From contig JBAZKF010000002.1 of the NCBI GenBank assembly GCA_041650895.1, positions 88,425 to 152,424 of the forward strand: a stretch of DNA of 64,000 bases, given 5' to 3'. Source of the stretch: Patescibacteria group bacterium (GTDB lineage Bacteria > Patescibacteriota > Patescibacteriia > 2-01-FULL-39-33). The notes under the pieces are model-generated. The model had not been told where the DNA came from, did no database searches, and was given only the letters and a program-made list of their open reading frames with translations. Both the position numbers and the translations under genes were made by a program. Of the stretch, positions 35,950-46,323 are shown in pieces. Position 1 is the stretch's first letter; the number at the start of each line of letters is the position of its first letter.

Positions 35950-36981
35950 ATGCGAGTTAAAAATTCGTCAATGAAAAGAATAACCGGAATAAAAAAAGTA
36001 ATCTCCGGCCGGCAGCTTTTTTTGTTGTCGGCATTTTTTTTGTTTTTGATCCTGGCCGCTTTTAAGATGAACGGCTTGATGGCCAAAACGCAAGCCGTTG
36101 ATTCAAGCAGCGTTGATGGTCAAATCATTGAAACTTATTTGAGGGCAAAATACGATGATGCCGGAGCGGTTTTGGTTTCCGGCGATTCCGGAGCCAAATA
36201 TCAGCCGATTATTCTGGAACAGCCCAAAGCGCCTTGTCCCGATTCTGATTTTTCCGCTTATACTTCCGCCACTGTTGACAAGGCGCCGATTCCCGTTTTA
36301 ATGTATCATCATGTCGCCTTGGCTCCCGAAGGCAGTGCCTTACCGGGATTGTATCATGATCCGGAAGTATTTGAAGACCAATTGCGGACATTAAAGCTTG
36401 ATTGTTATAGCGGAATTTTCGTTGCCGAGATCGGGCAGTATTTGCAAGGCGATTACCGTTTGCCGGCTAAGCCGGTCGCTTTGACTTTTGATGACGGTTA
36501 TGACGATATGTATATCAACGCTTTCCCTTTGCTCAAAAAATACGGCATGAGAGGTACGATGTATATTATTGTAGAGGCTTTGGGACTGCCCGGCTACCTG
36601 ACTAATGATCAAGTTAAAGAAATGTCTGAGAGCGGTTATGTGGAGATAGCTTCACACACCTTGAACCACGCTAATCTTAAAACCGTATCTGATAGTAAAG
36701 CCTGGCAAGAGATTTTTGACAGTAAAGGATCGTTGGAAAAAATTATCGGCCAACCCGTTACTGACCTGGCTTATCCCTTCGGTTATTTTCGTCGGCGTGA
36801 GGAGGCTTATTGTCGTCGGGCCGGCTATTTGACTTGCGTCTCCACTTATCAAGGGGTAATCCAATCGTTGGATCGCCGTTATTCTATTTTCCGTTTGCGT
36901 CCCGGCTACCTTACTGGCGATGACTTGTTGGATTTTATTGATAAATATATTTTTTCCGGACGGGCTCTAGGCGGAAACTGA
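35950..36981 (+). CDS. Polysaccharide deacetylase (NodB-homology domain), membrane-anchored
   Basis: LTFDDGYDDMYINAFPLLKKYGMRGTMYI (TFDDG motif) and IASHTLNH. Confidence 0.7.
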   Translation: MRVKNSSMKRITGIKKVISGRQLFLLSAFFLFLILAAFKMNGLMAKTQAVDSSSVDGQIIETYLRAKYDDAGAVLVSGDSGAKYQPIILEQPKAPCPDSDFSAYTSATVDKAPIPVLMYHHVALAPEGSALPGLYHDPEVFEDQLRTLKLDCYSGIFVAEIGQYLQGDYRLPAKPVALTFDDGYDDMYINAFPLLKKYGMRGTMYIIVEALGLPGYLTNDQVKEMSESGYVEIASHTLNHANLKTVSDSKAWQEIFDSKGSLEKIIGQPVTDLAYPFGYFRRREEAYCRRAGYLTCVSTYQGVIQSLDRRYSIFRLRPGYLTGDDLLDFIDKYIFSGRALGGN

Positions 36982-37039
36982 TTTTATGCAAAAAAAAGAG
37001 CCAGCCGATTGCTCGACTGGATCTTTTAGTAGGCAGTGA

Positions 37040-37339
37040 TTAGTAGCGTCCTTGTCCGCCGGAGAAACCGCCACGGTCTCCCGTGCGTTTTTCCTGAGGA
37101 CGAGCTTCGCTGACTTTGATCTCTCTGCCCATCATGTCTTTTCCGTTTAAGGTTTCAATGGCAGTTTGGGCTTCCTCATCAGAGGACATTTCCACAAAGC
37201 CGAATCCCTTAGACCGTCCGGTTTCCCGATCGGTAATAACAGAGGCTGACACAACGGTACCGGCGGGGGAAAAGAAGTCTTTCAAATCATCATTGGTAGC
37301 GCTATAAGCGATTCCGCCGACATAAAGTTTGCTGGTCAT
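37040..37339 (-). CDS. RRM-type RNA-binding protein with glycine-rich C-terminus
   Basis: RNP2 KLYVGGI and RNP1 KGFGFVEM. Tail RGGFSGGQGRY. Start refined to MTSKLYV. Confidence 0.7.
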   Translation of the reverse strand: MTSKLYVGGIAYSATNDDLKDFFSPAGTVVSASVITDRETGRSKGFGFVEMSSDEEAQTAIETLNGKDMMGREIKVSEARPQEKRTGDRGGFSGGQGRY

Positions 37340-37527
37340 AGTTGTAGCTGTTTTTAATTTTAGTTTATCCGTTGGCCAGACCTTTAGCACTTAAACATGG
37401 TTTAGAGAATGCACTTAAGTAGTTAACCTACGAACACTTTAAGTATATCACAGATTAATTAAAAAGTCAATAGCCAAGAGATTTTAACGTATTTATTGGC
37501 AAATATCATTATTATCATTAAATAGCT

Positions 37528-37959
37528 ATGTCACTTACAATTAAAGTAAAGAAGTTATCACCCGAGGCCAGATTGCCAAAATATGTCCATCCGGGCGATG
37601 CCGGCATGGATGTTTACGCTATTAGCAAGAGCGAAACCGATAAATACGTGGAGTATGGCACGGGTTTGTCATTTGAGTTGCCAGCTGGTCATATGTTGCT
37701 CTTATATCCTAGAAGTAGTGTGACCAACACTGATTTAACGTTGGCTAACTCTGTCGGTGTCTTGGATTCAGGCTATCGGGGCGAGCTTAAGTTAAGATTC
37801 CGCAGGTCTGGCAAGAGCGATTATAATGTCGGCGATCGCATCGGCCAGATCATTATTTTGCCCTTCCCGCAAGTAGAATTTGCTGAAGTGGCGGAGTTGT
37901 CGGTAAGCGAGCGGGGGAGCGGTGCTTTCGGTTCTACTGGAATAAATAACGTTTTATAA
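37528..37959 (+). CDS. dut: dUTP diphosphatase
   Basis: AGMDVYA, YPRSS and ILDSGYRGELK dUTPase motifs. Confidence 0.8.
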   Translation: MSLTIKVKKLSPEARLPKYVHPGDAGMDVYAISKSETDKYVEYGTGLSFELPAGHMLLLYPRSSVTNTDLTLANSVGVLDSGYRGELKLRFRRSGKSDYNVGDRIGQIIILPFPQVEFAEVAELSVSERGSGAFGSTGINNVL

Positions 37960-37963
37960 TAAT

Positions 37964-39910
37964 ATGAAAAAATTTTTCTGCTTGATTTTTTTAATCAGCT
38001 TGGCGACACTCTTCCCTTTTTCTGCCAAAGCTTATGAACGTATTACTGATTTTTCTTCCGACATCGCCGTTAATAAAGACGGGACATTGACAGTTACCGA
38101 AACTATTAAGGCGATAGCCGAACACAAGAAAATCAATCATGGCATTTATCGCGATTTAATCGTTAAATACCAAGGACCGGATAGGGATCATTATTATCAA
38201 GCGGGGATAAAGATTCTGTCGGTTAAGCGTGACGGATTTACCGAGCCGTATCATACGGAAATGTCCGGTTCCAATTTAAGGATTTACATCGGCGACAGCG
38301 AGAAATTAGTACCGTTAGGCGAGCCGACTTATGAGTTAACTTACCAAGTTTCCGGCTTAATACGTTATCTTGAAGAAATGGACGAATTATATTGGAATGT
38401 GACCGGCAATAATTGGGAGTTTCCGATTGAGCGGGCTCGCGCCCAAGTGACTTTGCCTTGGTCTCAGAAGGAATATGATACGGTTTTTTCTTACAGCGGT
38501 CTTTATACCGGTGTCGCCGGTTCTCGCGACCAAAATGGTTATTTTGATGAAATTGGCGGGAAGTTTGTTTATCGAGCCAACTCGGTGCTTTATCCCGGCG
38601 AGGGCTTGACGATTGTTTTAGGCTGGCCGCAGGGGCGTGTTGCCAAGTTATTGCCTGTTTTGCGGGAAGTTAATCCCGTGGTCAAATTTTTGAATTCCTT
38701 GACTCATCAGGACCGTATTAATATTATAAGCGGGTTATCGTTGTTGGTGCTTATTTATTTTTTAGTAATTTGGTTATGGCGCGGCCGAGGCCCACAGCCG
38801 GGCACGATTATCCCGCAGTATGATCCGCCGGCCGGGTTGTCGCCCGGCGATGTTGCTCATATTGCCAGTCTGGGCTCGGGTTTTAATAAAACCCTGGGAG
38901 CGTTAATAATCAGTTTGGCGATTAAGGGTAAACTAAAGATCGCCAAAAACGATGGTTTTTTCAGTGTAGCGAAATGGAAATTAGATCGTCTTAATAAGGG
39001 AACTGAAGACTTAAGCGAGGATGAAAAGCTGTTAGTGACTAACTTATTCAAAAAGAGCGGTAATTTGAAATTGCCTAATTCCGACAGCGGTTTATCAATG
39101 TTCATTCGCTGGACCTTCCGTCCATATTTTACTAAGAAATGGCATAAAGCCGCCTATGTGAATAACTCAATTTGGCTGTTTCTGGGGACAACTTTATCAG
39201 TTATGCTTTTAATGGCTTTTTGGTTTTTGGGCCTAGGGGAGTCGGCGGTAGTTTTTTTACCATTTATCTTCCTAGTCATATTTTTTATTGTTTTTCTTTC
39301 CTCCCTAATGAAAACATTATTCAAGCGCGATTTTAATTTAGTTGCTGTTATTTATTTGATCGCCATAGTTATAGTTTTTATAGTTGCCGGGATTATTTTG
39401 CGTCCGTTTTTTCTTGGGATTGCAGAATTGCCGGGCTCTTTCTGGGCTGATTCATTTTTGGCATATTGGTATCTGTTGCTTCTGTTGGCGGTGTTGGTTG
39501 TTAATTTTTTAGCTTTCAGGCTTCTTCGCCGGCCGACTACTGAAGGTCGAAAGTTACTGGATGAAATTGAAGGTTTTAAACTGTTTTTGGTTACGACCGA
39601 GAAAGATCGTTTGGAATTTTTCCATCCCATCAAGCAGATTCCGGAAGTATTTGAAAAGTATTTTCCTTATGCTATCGCTTTGGGCGTCGCTGATAAATGG
39701 GCGGCCAGATTTGATAATTTATTTAAAGAAACAGACGGTCAGTCCGCCTATGTCCCGATTTGGTATGGCGGATCATTGTCCAGTATCGGAGGGATAAGCG
39801 GAATCTCTTCAATCGGCTCATCCTTGGGCTCGTCTTTAGGATCATCCGGTGCCGGTGGCGGCGGAGGAGCAGGGGGCGGCGGAGGCGGCGGCGGAGGAGG
39901 AGGGTGGTAA
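37964..39910 (+). CDS. DUF2207-like polytopic membrane protein with poly-Gly C-terminus
   Basis: Signal peptide, a large extracytoplasmic domain, TM helices, and a C-terminal SSIGSSLGSSLGSSGAGGGGGAGGGGGGGGGGGW tail. Family recalled from memory. Confidence 0.45.
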   Translation: MKKFFCLIFLISLATLFPFSAKAYERITDFSSDIAVNKDGTLTVTETIKAIAEHKKINHGIYRDLIVKYQGPDRDHYYQAGIKILSVKRDGFTEPYHTEMSGSNLRIYIGDSEKLVPLGEPTYELTYQVSGLIRYLEEMDELYWNVTGNNWEFPIERARAQVTLPWSQKEYDTVFSYSGLYTGVAGSRDQNGYFDEIGGKFVYRANSVLYPGEGLTIVLGWPQGRVAKLLPVLREVNPVVKFLNSLTHQDRINIISGLSLLVLIYFLVIWLWRGRGPQPGTIIPQYDPPAGLSPGDVAHIASLGSGFNKTLGALIISLAIKGKLKIAKNDGFFSVAKWKLDRLNKGTEDLSEDEKLLVTNLFKKSGNLKLPNSDSGLSMFIRWTFRPYFTKKWHKAAYVNNSIWLFLGTTLSVMLLMAFWFLGLGESAVVFLPFIFLVIFFIVFLSSLMKTLFKRDFNLVAVIYLIAIVIVFIVAGIILRPFFLGIAELPGSFWADSFLAYWYLLLLLAVLVVNFLAFRLLRRPTTEGRKLLDEIEGFKLFLVTTEKDRLEFFHPIKQIPEVFEKYFPYAIALGVADKWAARFDNLFKETDGQSAYVPIWYGGSLSSIGGISGISSIGSSLGSSLGSSGAGGGGGAGGGGGGGGGGGW

Positions 39911-40093
39911 GATGAAGACTCGCGCTAAAATCGGCAACAAGCAAGGCAACCCGGCGTACCGCACTGCCGCTACATTCAGGTATAATAAATGTTTTGATAT
40001 TGTCGGAGCAAAAGCAAAAAATCCGGCTGTAAAAAATAAAAACCCGTCCTGGCCAAAAGGCCGAACGGGCGATGCAAAAGAGCTGAAAAATGA

Positions 40094-40510
40094 TTAGATT
40101 TTTTCCGGTTGGGGGTCAAAGAGAATAATGGCGTTTTTGCTGGATAACAGCTTGACGATCTCCTCCCAGCTCTTGCCGATTTTGTCGGCAATAAGACGGC
40201 ATTTTTTTTCTAGCTGTTGAGTCGGCAAACTTACCCACCAAGCGCGGTCGCCTCTGATTTTTCCTTCGGTTTCATACTCCTGAACTGCGGCGATTTCTTG
40301 AGTTTGCTGTATATTGAATTCGGCAAAGGCGATTTTGTGGCTATAGTAGAAACAGAATCCGCCGCATAATATTAACGTTAAACCGATAGTAATACAAGCC
40401 AGTCCCAGTTTTTTTCTTTTAAGAATTAAAAAGTAAGTACCCGATATGATTAGTATCGTAGAGCATTGTATTGATATGAAACAAGCGCTGGCCAAGATAT
40501 CCCGTAGCAT
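40094..40510 (-). CDS. Membrane protein, hypothetical
   Basis: 138 aa with two or three N-terminal TM helices. Confidence 0.3.
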   Translation of the reverse strand: MLRDILASACFISIQCSTILIISGTYFLILKRKKLGLACITIGLTLILCGGFCFYYSHKIAFAEFNIQQTQEIAAVQEYETEGKIRGDRAWWVSLPTQQLEKKCRLIADKIGKSWEEIVKLLSSKNAIILFDPQPEKI

Positions 40511-40620
40511 TTGCTTTCTCCTTTGCCCTTATATGGCGGTTAACTTTTTTAAGGTGCTTTTTAAAGTCAGTTGACAACTTTCAGATTATTATATATGATA
40601 ATGGTTTGTTTGTCAAGAGT

Positions 40621-42462
40621 ATGTCCAAAAAATTATTTCAACTAAAATCCAAGTATTCTCCGGCGGGGGACCAACCGCAGGCGATTGAAAAAATCACTAA
40701 AGGCCTGAAGCAGGGGCAGGATTTTCAAACGCTCATGGGTATAACCGGTTCGGGTAAGACTTTTACTATGGCTAATGTGATTGCCCGGCAGGATAGGCCT
40801 GTTTTGGTTATGGCTCCCAATAAGGCCTTGGCGGCTCAGCTTTATCGCGAGTACAAAAATTACTTTCCGCATAACTCGGTGAATTTTTTCGTGTCTTATT
40901 ACGATTATTATCAGCCGGAGGCGTATTTGCCCAATACTGATACTTATATTGAAAAGGAAGCGATGATTAATCAGGAGATTGATCGGTTGCGCCATCAGGC
41001 TACCTCGGCCTTGCTGTCGCGGCAAGATGTGATTATTGTGGCCTCAGTTTCTTGTATTTATAATTTGGGCGTGCCCGTCAGTTATCTGGAGTCGGCTTTG
41101 CATTTGGCTATCGGTCAGCCCTTAGTGCGCGCTGATTTTATTCGTCAGTTGGTGCGCATGCATTTTGAGCGTAGCTCAGGAGAATTAAAGCGCGGACTGT
41201 TCCGTGTTAGGGGTGAGGTGTTTGAAATTATGGCCGCCTCGGAAAACATTATTTATCGCTTAGAGTTGGGCGATCAACAAGTCAAGGAAATCCATTTAAT
41301 TGATCCTTTAACGCGCAAGATCGTTGAGGAGCTCAAGGATATCGTGATTTTTCCGCCTAAGCATTTCGTGTCTACCGAGCCCCAGATAGACGCGGCTATT
41401 AAGGATATTAAGATAGAACTTAAGGATCGTTTGAAATATTTCAATAAGAAGAATTTATATTTGGAAGCGGAACGATTGGAGCGCCGTACCCGTTACGATA
41501 TGGAGATGTTAAAAACCGTGGGTTATTGCCATGGTATTGAAAATTATTCCCGCCATCTGGCCGGCAAGTTACCGGGTGAACCGCCGGATAGCTTGTTGGC
41601 CTATTTCCCACTTAAGGCTGGCAAACCCGATTACTTGTTAATTATGGATGAATCGCATATCGGTTTGCCTCAGGTTAGGGGAATGTATGCGGGTGATCGA
41701 GCCAGAAAGAATACCTTGGTGGAATTCGGCTGGCGCTTGCCCTCGGCCTTGGATAATCGGCCATTGAAGTTTGACGAGTTTTTGAAGCGTATCGGCCAGA
41801 CGGTGTTTACTTCGGCTACGCCGGGTGATTGGGAAATCAAACATTCTAAGCAATTAATTGAGCAGGTTATTCGTCCAACCGGACTAGTTGATCCGCCGGT
41901 TGAAATCCGACCAGTGTTTGATAAGAATAAAAATTATAGCCAAATTGATGATGTTATTGCTGAGTCAATCAAGATTACAGCTAAGGGCGAGAGAAGCATC
42001 ATCAATACTTTAACTAAGAAACAAGCTGAAGACCTGAACACTTTTCTTGTTCAGCAGGGGATTAAGTCTAATTATTTGCACAGTGATATTAAGACCGTAG
42101 CGCGTACGGAGATTCTGACCGCTTTTCGCCGAGGGGAATTTGACGTTTTAATCGGGGTTAATCTGTTGCGCGAAGGGCTGGATTTGCCGGAAGTGTCTTT
42201 TGTAGCCATTTTGGATGCTGATCGCGAGGGTTTCCTGAGATCGGAAACATCATTAATTCAGACTATGGGGCGTGCCGCCAGGAACGTCTCCGGCAAAGTT
42301 ATTCTCTATGCTGATAACATTACCGGTTCCATCAAACGAGCAGTGAGTGAAGTGGAACGCCGCCGCATCAAGCAACTGGCATACAATAAAAAACACGGTA
42401 TCATTGCTGAAACCGTGCGAAAGGACATTGAGGAGTTTTTGGATTTTAAGTCGGCGGATTAG
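40621..42462 (+). CDS. uvrB: Excinuclease ABC subunit B
   Basis: YSPAGDQPQAIEKI, GITGSGKTFTMANVI, the beta-hairpin region FFVSYYDYYQPEAY and helicase motif VI QTMGRAARN. The ORF-track start at 40606 is a TTG, and the ATG at 40621 is preferred. Confidence 0.9.
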   Translation: MSKKLFQLKSKYSPAGDQPQAIEKITKGLKQGQDFQTLMGITGSGKTFTMANVIARQDRPVLVMAPNKALAAQLYREYKNYFPHNSVNFFVSYYDYYQPEAYLPNTDTYIEKEAMINQEIDRLRHQATSALLSRQDVIIVASVSCIYNLGVPVSYLESALHLAIGQPLVRADFIRQLVRMHFERSSGELKRGLFRVRGEVFEIMAASENIIYRLELGDQQVKEIHLIDPLTRKIVEELKDIVIFPPKHFVSTEPQIDAAIKDIKIELKDRLKYFNKKNLYLEAERLERRTRYDMEMLKTVGYCHGIENYSRHLAGKLPGEPPDSLLAYFPLKAGKPDYLLIMDESHIGLPQVRGMYAGDRARKNTLVEFGWRLPSALDNRPLKFDEFLKRIGQTVFTSATPGDWEIKHSKQLIEQVIRPTGLVDPPVEIRPVFDKNKNYSQIDDVIAESIKITAKGERSIINTLTKKQAEDLNTFLVQQGIKSNYLHSDIKTVARTEILTAFRRGEFDVLIGVNLLREGLDLPEVSFVAILDADREGFLRSETSLIQTMGRAARNVSGKVILYADNITGSIKRAVSEVERRRIKQLAYNKKHGIIAETVRKDIEEFLDFKSAD

Positions 42463-42742
42463 TTCATCAATATTAAGAGTTAGTATTAATTCGGCAACAG
42501 CACTATTGGCTGATGATAGATGACTACGCACTCGGCGCCGCGAGATTTGGGCATACAGACGCTTATTAATTTTTGATGTTCTTCCGTGTAAGATGCATCT
42601 ATTTTTTTTTGAATGCCGCCTGGTTCTAATACGTGTGCGTAGATGATGACAGTTTTTTGAACTACCGCTATTTTATTGCCGTTTTTCCAGCCTTCAGCTA
42701 CCCAAGTCAATAAGAATTGCATTGTTGCTTTCTCCTATTTTG

Positions 42743-43039
42743 TTAAAGGCCTAATCCCATATCCTTTTGCCGTTGCAGTTCACGTTTCTTTTTTTCGGCT
42801 ACCTGCTTTAATTGCTGTTTTTTTATCCGTTCATATAGCCAGAGGCGTACGCTTAAATAAATAGAAATAACAAGCCCGACGCCTAACATTACAAACCACA
42901 AAGGATGATCGTAAAAGGTAAGTATCTTGACCAAGGTGAGGGTGTCGGCAACGGCAAAGAGCAGAAGTAGGCGTTTAAATTTTTTGGCCCGGTCTTTGTC
43001 GTATTCCAGGCGTCGCCTGATTATATCAATTGTCTGCAT
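42743..43039 (-). CDS. Small membrane protein, hypothetical
   Basis: 98 aa with two TM helices and a basic tail. Confidence 0.3.
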   Translation of the reverse strand: MQTIDIIRRRLEYDKDRAKKFKRLLLLFAVADTLTLVKILTFYDHPLWFVMLGVGLVISIYLSVRLWLYERIKKQQLKQVAEKKKRELQRQKDMGLGL

Positions 43040-43118
43040 ATTTACTGCCTCCCGTTGATTAAATTTTTATTTGTTGCTAAAGTGCTTAGTTATTAGTACA
43101 CCCTATCATAAAAATATC

Positions 43119-44108
43119 ATGTTGTCAACTAAAAATAAAAGTAATCTTTGGCAAAAGCTGGCGCGAACAGGCCGGCCGATTTTGGCTTTGGCACCGATGG
43201 CGGGCGTGACTGATTCGGCTTTCCGGCAGATTTGTCGCCAATGCGGGGCAGACGTGGCTTATACAGAAATGGTTTCGGCCGATGGTCTGTATTATGATTC
43301 CAAAAAAACTCTGGCCATGCTTAAATTTTCTAAGCAGGAGAAACCGGTGGTTATACAATTATTCGGCAAATATCCGGAAAGATTTACTAAGGCGGCTCAA
43401 GTAGTCCAAGCCGCCGGTTTTGACGGAATTGATATCAACTTCGGCTGTCCGGCCAAGAAGGTTGCCGGCCATGGCGGCGGGGTGACTTTGATGCGCGACC
43501 TGGATAAATGCCGGCAGATTGTGGAAAATGTTTTGGCTGGTACTACATTGCCCGTGTCGGTAAAGTTAAGGTCGTCTATTAAAAAAGATGGCGGGGAAGT
43601 GACGGCCAGGGACTTTTTGCAAGTCATGAAGGATTTGCCTCTGTCAGCAGTAATGATTCATGGCCGGCCGTATGAGAACCCTTTTGCCGCCGAGATAGAT
43701 TATGAGATGATTAAAGAATGTGTTCAGTTTTTTAAGAGGCAAAATCGCCAAGGCGTCGTTTTGGGTAATGGCGGGATTAATACTCCCCAAGATGCCAAAG
43801 AGATGATAGAGTCAACCGGTGTAGATGGCGTGGGTTTGGCGCGGGGTCTGTACGGCCGACCCTGGCTGTTTAAGCAAATCAAACAATATTTAAAAACAGG
43901 AAAGTATTCGGAGCTTAATATTAAACAGGTTGACAAAATAATATTGCAACACGCTCAGTCGGCTTTTAAAACCAAAGATCGCCAAGGTATTGTAGAGCTA
44001 AGAAAACACTTGGCTTGGTATGTATCCGGACGAGTCGGAGCCAAGGAGTTGCGAGCCAAATTAGTCAGAGTGGAAGATCTAAAACAATTGAAACAAATAT
44101 TAAAGTAA
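43119..44108 (+). CDS. dus: tRNA-dihydrouridine synthase
   Basis: LAPMAGVTDSAFRQICRQCGADVAYTEMVSA and INFGCPAKKV match the Dus family. Confidence 0.8.
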   Translation: MLSTKNKSNLWQKLARTGRPILALAPMAGVTDSAFRQICRQCGADVAYTEMVSADGLYYDSKKTLAMLKFSKQEKPVVIQLFGKYPERFTKAAQVVQAAGFDGIDINFGCPAKKVAGHGGGVTLMRDLDKCRQIVENVLAGTTLPVSVKLRSSIKKDGGEVTARDFLQVMKDLPLSAVMIHGRPYENPFAAEIDYEMIKECVQFFKRQNRQGVVLGNGGINTPQDAKEMIESTGVDGVGLARGLYGRPWLFKQIKQYLKTGKYSELNIKQVDKIILQHAQSAFKTKDRQGIVELRKHLAWYVSGRVGAKELRAKLVRVEDLKQLKQILK

Positions 44109-44204
44109 GCCGTCGGCTAGTAAAATCATCAGGGCTAAATTGCAACTCTAATCTTTGAAAAACACTTAAAATCAAAAGACGCCTCGCTCGGGGCGTCTTA
44201 TTTT

Positions 44205-44543
44205 TTACTTTTTGTTGGCCCTCCTTTGGGGTCGGCTTTTCGAGGCTGTTTTCCTTGGCGCTATTTCTTTGATAGTAACGCCTAAGGTGTCGGCATTTCG
44301 GCGTAAGTAGGTTTCGGGCAGGCCGTTTTTTGTTCCTTTAATGACTAAACATCGTTTTCTTTGCGGGTTGTCCCATTTTGGAATAATCCGTTCAGCTTCG
44401 TAACGGCCGATCGGCAGGGTCACTCGGGAATCGTAAATACCTGATCGATTGCGTCTATGGAAGCTGCTCTCGTAAGCTTCTTGGGAATAGCTTGTAATCA
44501 CGAGTTGTCGGCGACAAATCAACAAAAATCTTTTCTTTGGCAT
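44205..44543 (-). CDS. Basic hypothetical protein
   Basis: 112 aa, Arg/Lys-rich, no motif recognised. Confidence 0.3.
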   Translation of the reverse strand: MPKKRFLLICRRQLVITSYSQEAYESSFHRRNRSGIYDSRVTLPIGRYEAERIIPKWDNPQRKRCLVIKGTKNGLPETYLRRNADTLGVTIKEIAPRKTASKSRPQRRANKK

Positions 44544-44637
44544 GAACTTATCTCCTTGTTTCTATTTGTATTGTTAGAAAGTGCGGTTGTTAATATAAAC
44601 AGGTAATAACCTATTGTAGCAAAGAATTGTTATTTTG

Positions 44638-45579
44638 TCAAATCCAGCGTTTCTTTTTGAAGTAAAAGAAGAGGCAGATAGCCCCGACTATCATGATGAA
44701 AATTATTATCCAAAAACCATTGGGATTATCAACGAAAGGCATGCCGCCAATCGTGTTCATGCCGAAAATCGCCGCTAAGAGAGTCAAAGGAAAGACAATG
44801 ACGGAAAATACTGTCAGGGTACGCATAATATCGTTGAGCTTGAAGGAAATCAAAGAGGAGTTGGTGTCTTCGAGGGCTTCAATCATTTCTTTTTGTTCGC
44901 TCAAGATGTCCCAGATGTTTTTGGTGTGTTCTATCAAGTCGTTGTAAAATGTTTTCATCTCGCTTGAGTCCAAATACCAAACGCTGGATCGGCCCAATTT
45001 CTGAATAACGCCTTTGTGCGCTTCCATAATCTTGCGGAAATTTAAAATATTCCTCTTGGTCAATAAGATTTCCCGTACCATTTCCCGTTCCCGGCCGTCA
45101 AAGATGTTTTTTTCAATACTTTGGATGTCAACGCTCATGTGATCCATAATCGGATAACAATATTCTTGCAGACGGACAATAATCTCGTAAAGAAGCATCA
45201 TGTTATTGCCGGACAAGTATTGCTCGCGGTAGAATTTGTCGCTGAGGCAGAGATTGAATAATTCAACCAGGGGCGGCAAATTGTTTTTGTGGCAAGTGAT
45301 CAGAGAATGATCGCTAATGAAGAAATCCACTTCTTCAGCGTCAACAGTGCGGGTTTTTCTGTTATAAATCGGGAATTGCAGGATGAGGAAACAATAATTG
45401 TTCCGAACGTAAAATTTCGGCCGTTGGGCGAGATTTTTGGAAAAAGAATCGCGCAGATCTAGTTCATTGAACTTGAATTTTTTGCGCAGATAGTTTATTT
45501 CCTCTTTTTGAGCATCGACTATATTGGTCCAATTAAATGTTCCAATATTTGATTTTAGGGTGTTGATGTTTAATGACAT
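44638..45579 (-). CDS. corA: CorA-family Mg2+/Co2+ transporter
   Basis: Two C-terminal TM helices with an IFGMNTIGGMPF (GMN) motif. Confidence 0.7.
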   Translation of the reverse strand: MSLNINTLKSNIGTFNWTNIVDAQKEEINYLRKKFKFNELDLRDSFSKNLAQRPKFYVRNNYCFLILQFPIYNRKTRTVDAEEVDFFISDHSLITCHKNNLPPLVELFNLCLSDKFYREQYLSGNNMMLLYEIIVRLQEYCYPIMDHMSVDIQSIEKNIFDGREREMVREILLTKRNILNFRKIMEAHKGVIQKLGRSSVWYLDSSEMKTFYNDLIEHTKNIWDILSEQKEMIEALEDTNSSLISFKLNDIMRTLTVFSVIVFPLTLLAAIFGMNTIGGMPFVDNPNGFWIIIFIMIVGAICLFFYFKKKRWI

Positions 45580-45736
45580 AGCATGGGTTCAATTTAATTA
45601 TAGCATAGATTTATTAATTAGTGTATAATAGTGGTATAATATAAGAGAAACAGAGGGGCAATAAACAGAGATAAGATCCGATTGAATCGTCACTTCCTAA
45701 TTATTAATTTTTTATTTCTTTCCCCTTCATCATTTT

Positions 45737-46258
45737 ATGCCTTTAGACCAAAAAGAATTGTTAACTCCCGGCCGGGAAAAGCAAGATACTGTTCCGGGCG
45801 CAGTCAAGGAGAGCGGATTGGAATTTGAGCCGGCACCGGAGGCGGCGCCGTCAGAGTTCGGTCAGCCTGATAGAGACAGCCGATTAAGGGAGCAGGGCGA
45901 AATCATCGTCGGCGGAGAGGCGCCTTCCGCACCGGTTGCTACCCCTGCTAATGCTGAGGCCTTGGAAACCTACAAGCAGATTGAGAGCATTCTGGAGGAG
46001 GATTTGGGCGAGCTCTATAATAACTTGTCTCCTCAGGATCAACAGATATTCAAGACTAGGGGCGAGGAAGCGGCTCGTTCTATTTTTAAGGTCGTTTATC
46101 ATCAAACCAAGATTAAGGTTAAAAAGATTATCAGTTTAATTAAGAAGTGGCTGAGAATGGTTCCTGGCATCAATCGTTATTTTTTGGAACAAGAAGCTAA
46201 GATTAAAGCCGATAAGATTGTAGCTTTAGCCAGGAATGACAAAAAGATAGAATTTTAG
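45737..46258 (+). CDS. Hypothetical protein (acidic N-terminus, helical C-terminus)
   Basis: 173 aa. Lies upstream of and co-directional with the VirD4-like gene. Confidence 0.3.
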   Translation: MPLDQKELLTPGREKQDTVPGAVKESGLEFEPAPEAAPSEFGQPDRDSRLREQGEIIVGGEAPSAPVATPANAEALETYKQIESILEEDLGELYNNLSPQDQQIFKTRGEEAARSIFKVVYHQTKIKVKKIISLIKKWLRMVPGINRYFLEQEAKIKADKIVALARNDKKIEF

Positions 46259-46323
46259 ATTAATTTTATAATTTAGGCGTCATTACAAATTTATAAACCA
46301 AAGTTTGTCTATCGTTATTTTTT

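Noticed and set aside
39780-39905. GGC/GGA codon microsatellite
   Set aside because: It encodes the poly-Gly C-terminal tail of the DUF2207-like membrane protein. It is a coding simple repeat, possibly prone to slippage, but not an independent element.
44205-44543. Possible GIY-YIG or homing-endonuclease remnant suggested by an SGIYDSR segment
   Set aside because: Only a GIY tripeptide is present, with no YIG/Arg/Glu core spacing. It is treated as a basic hypothetical protein.
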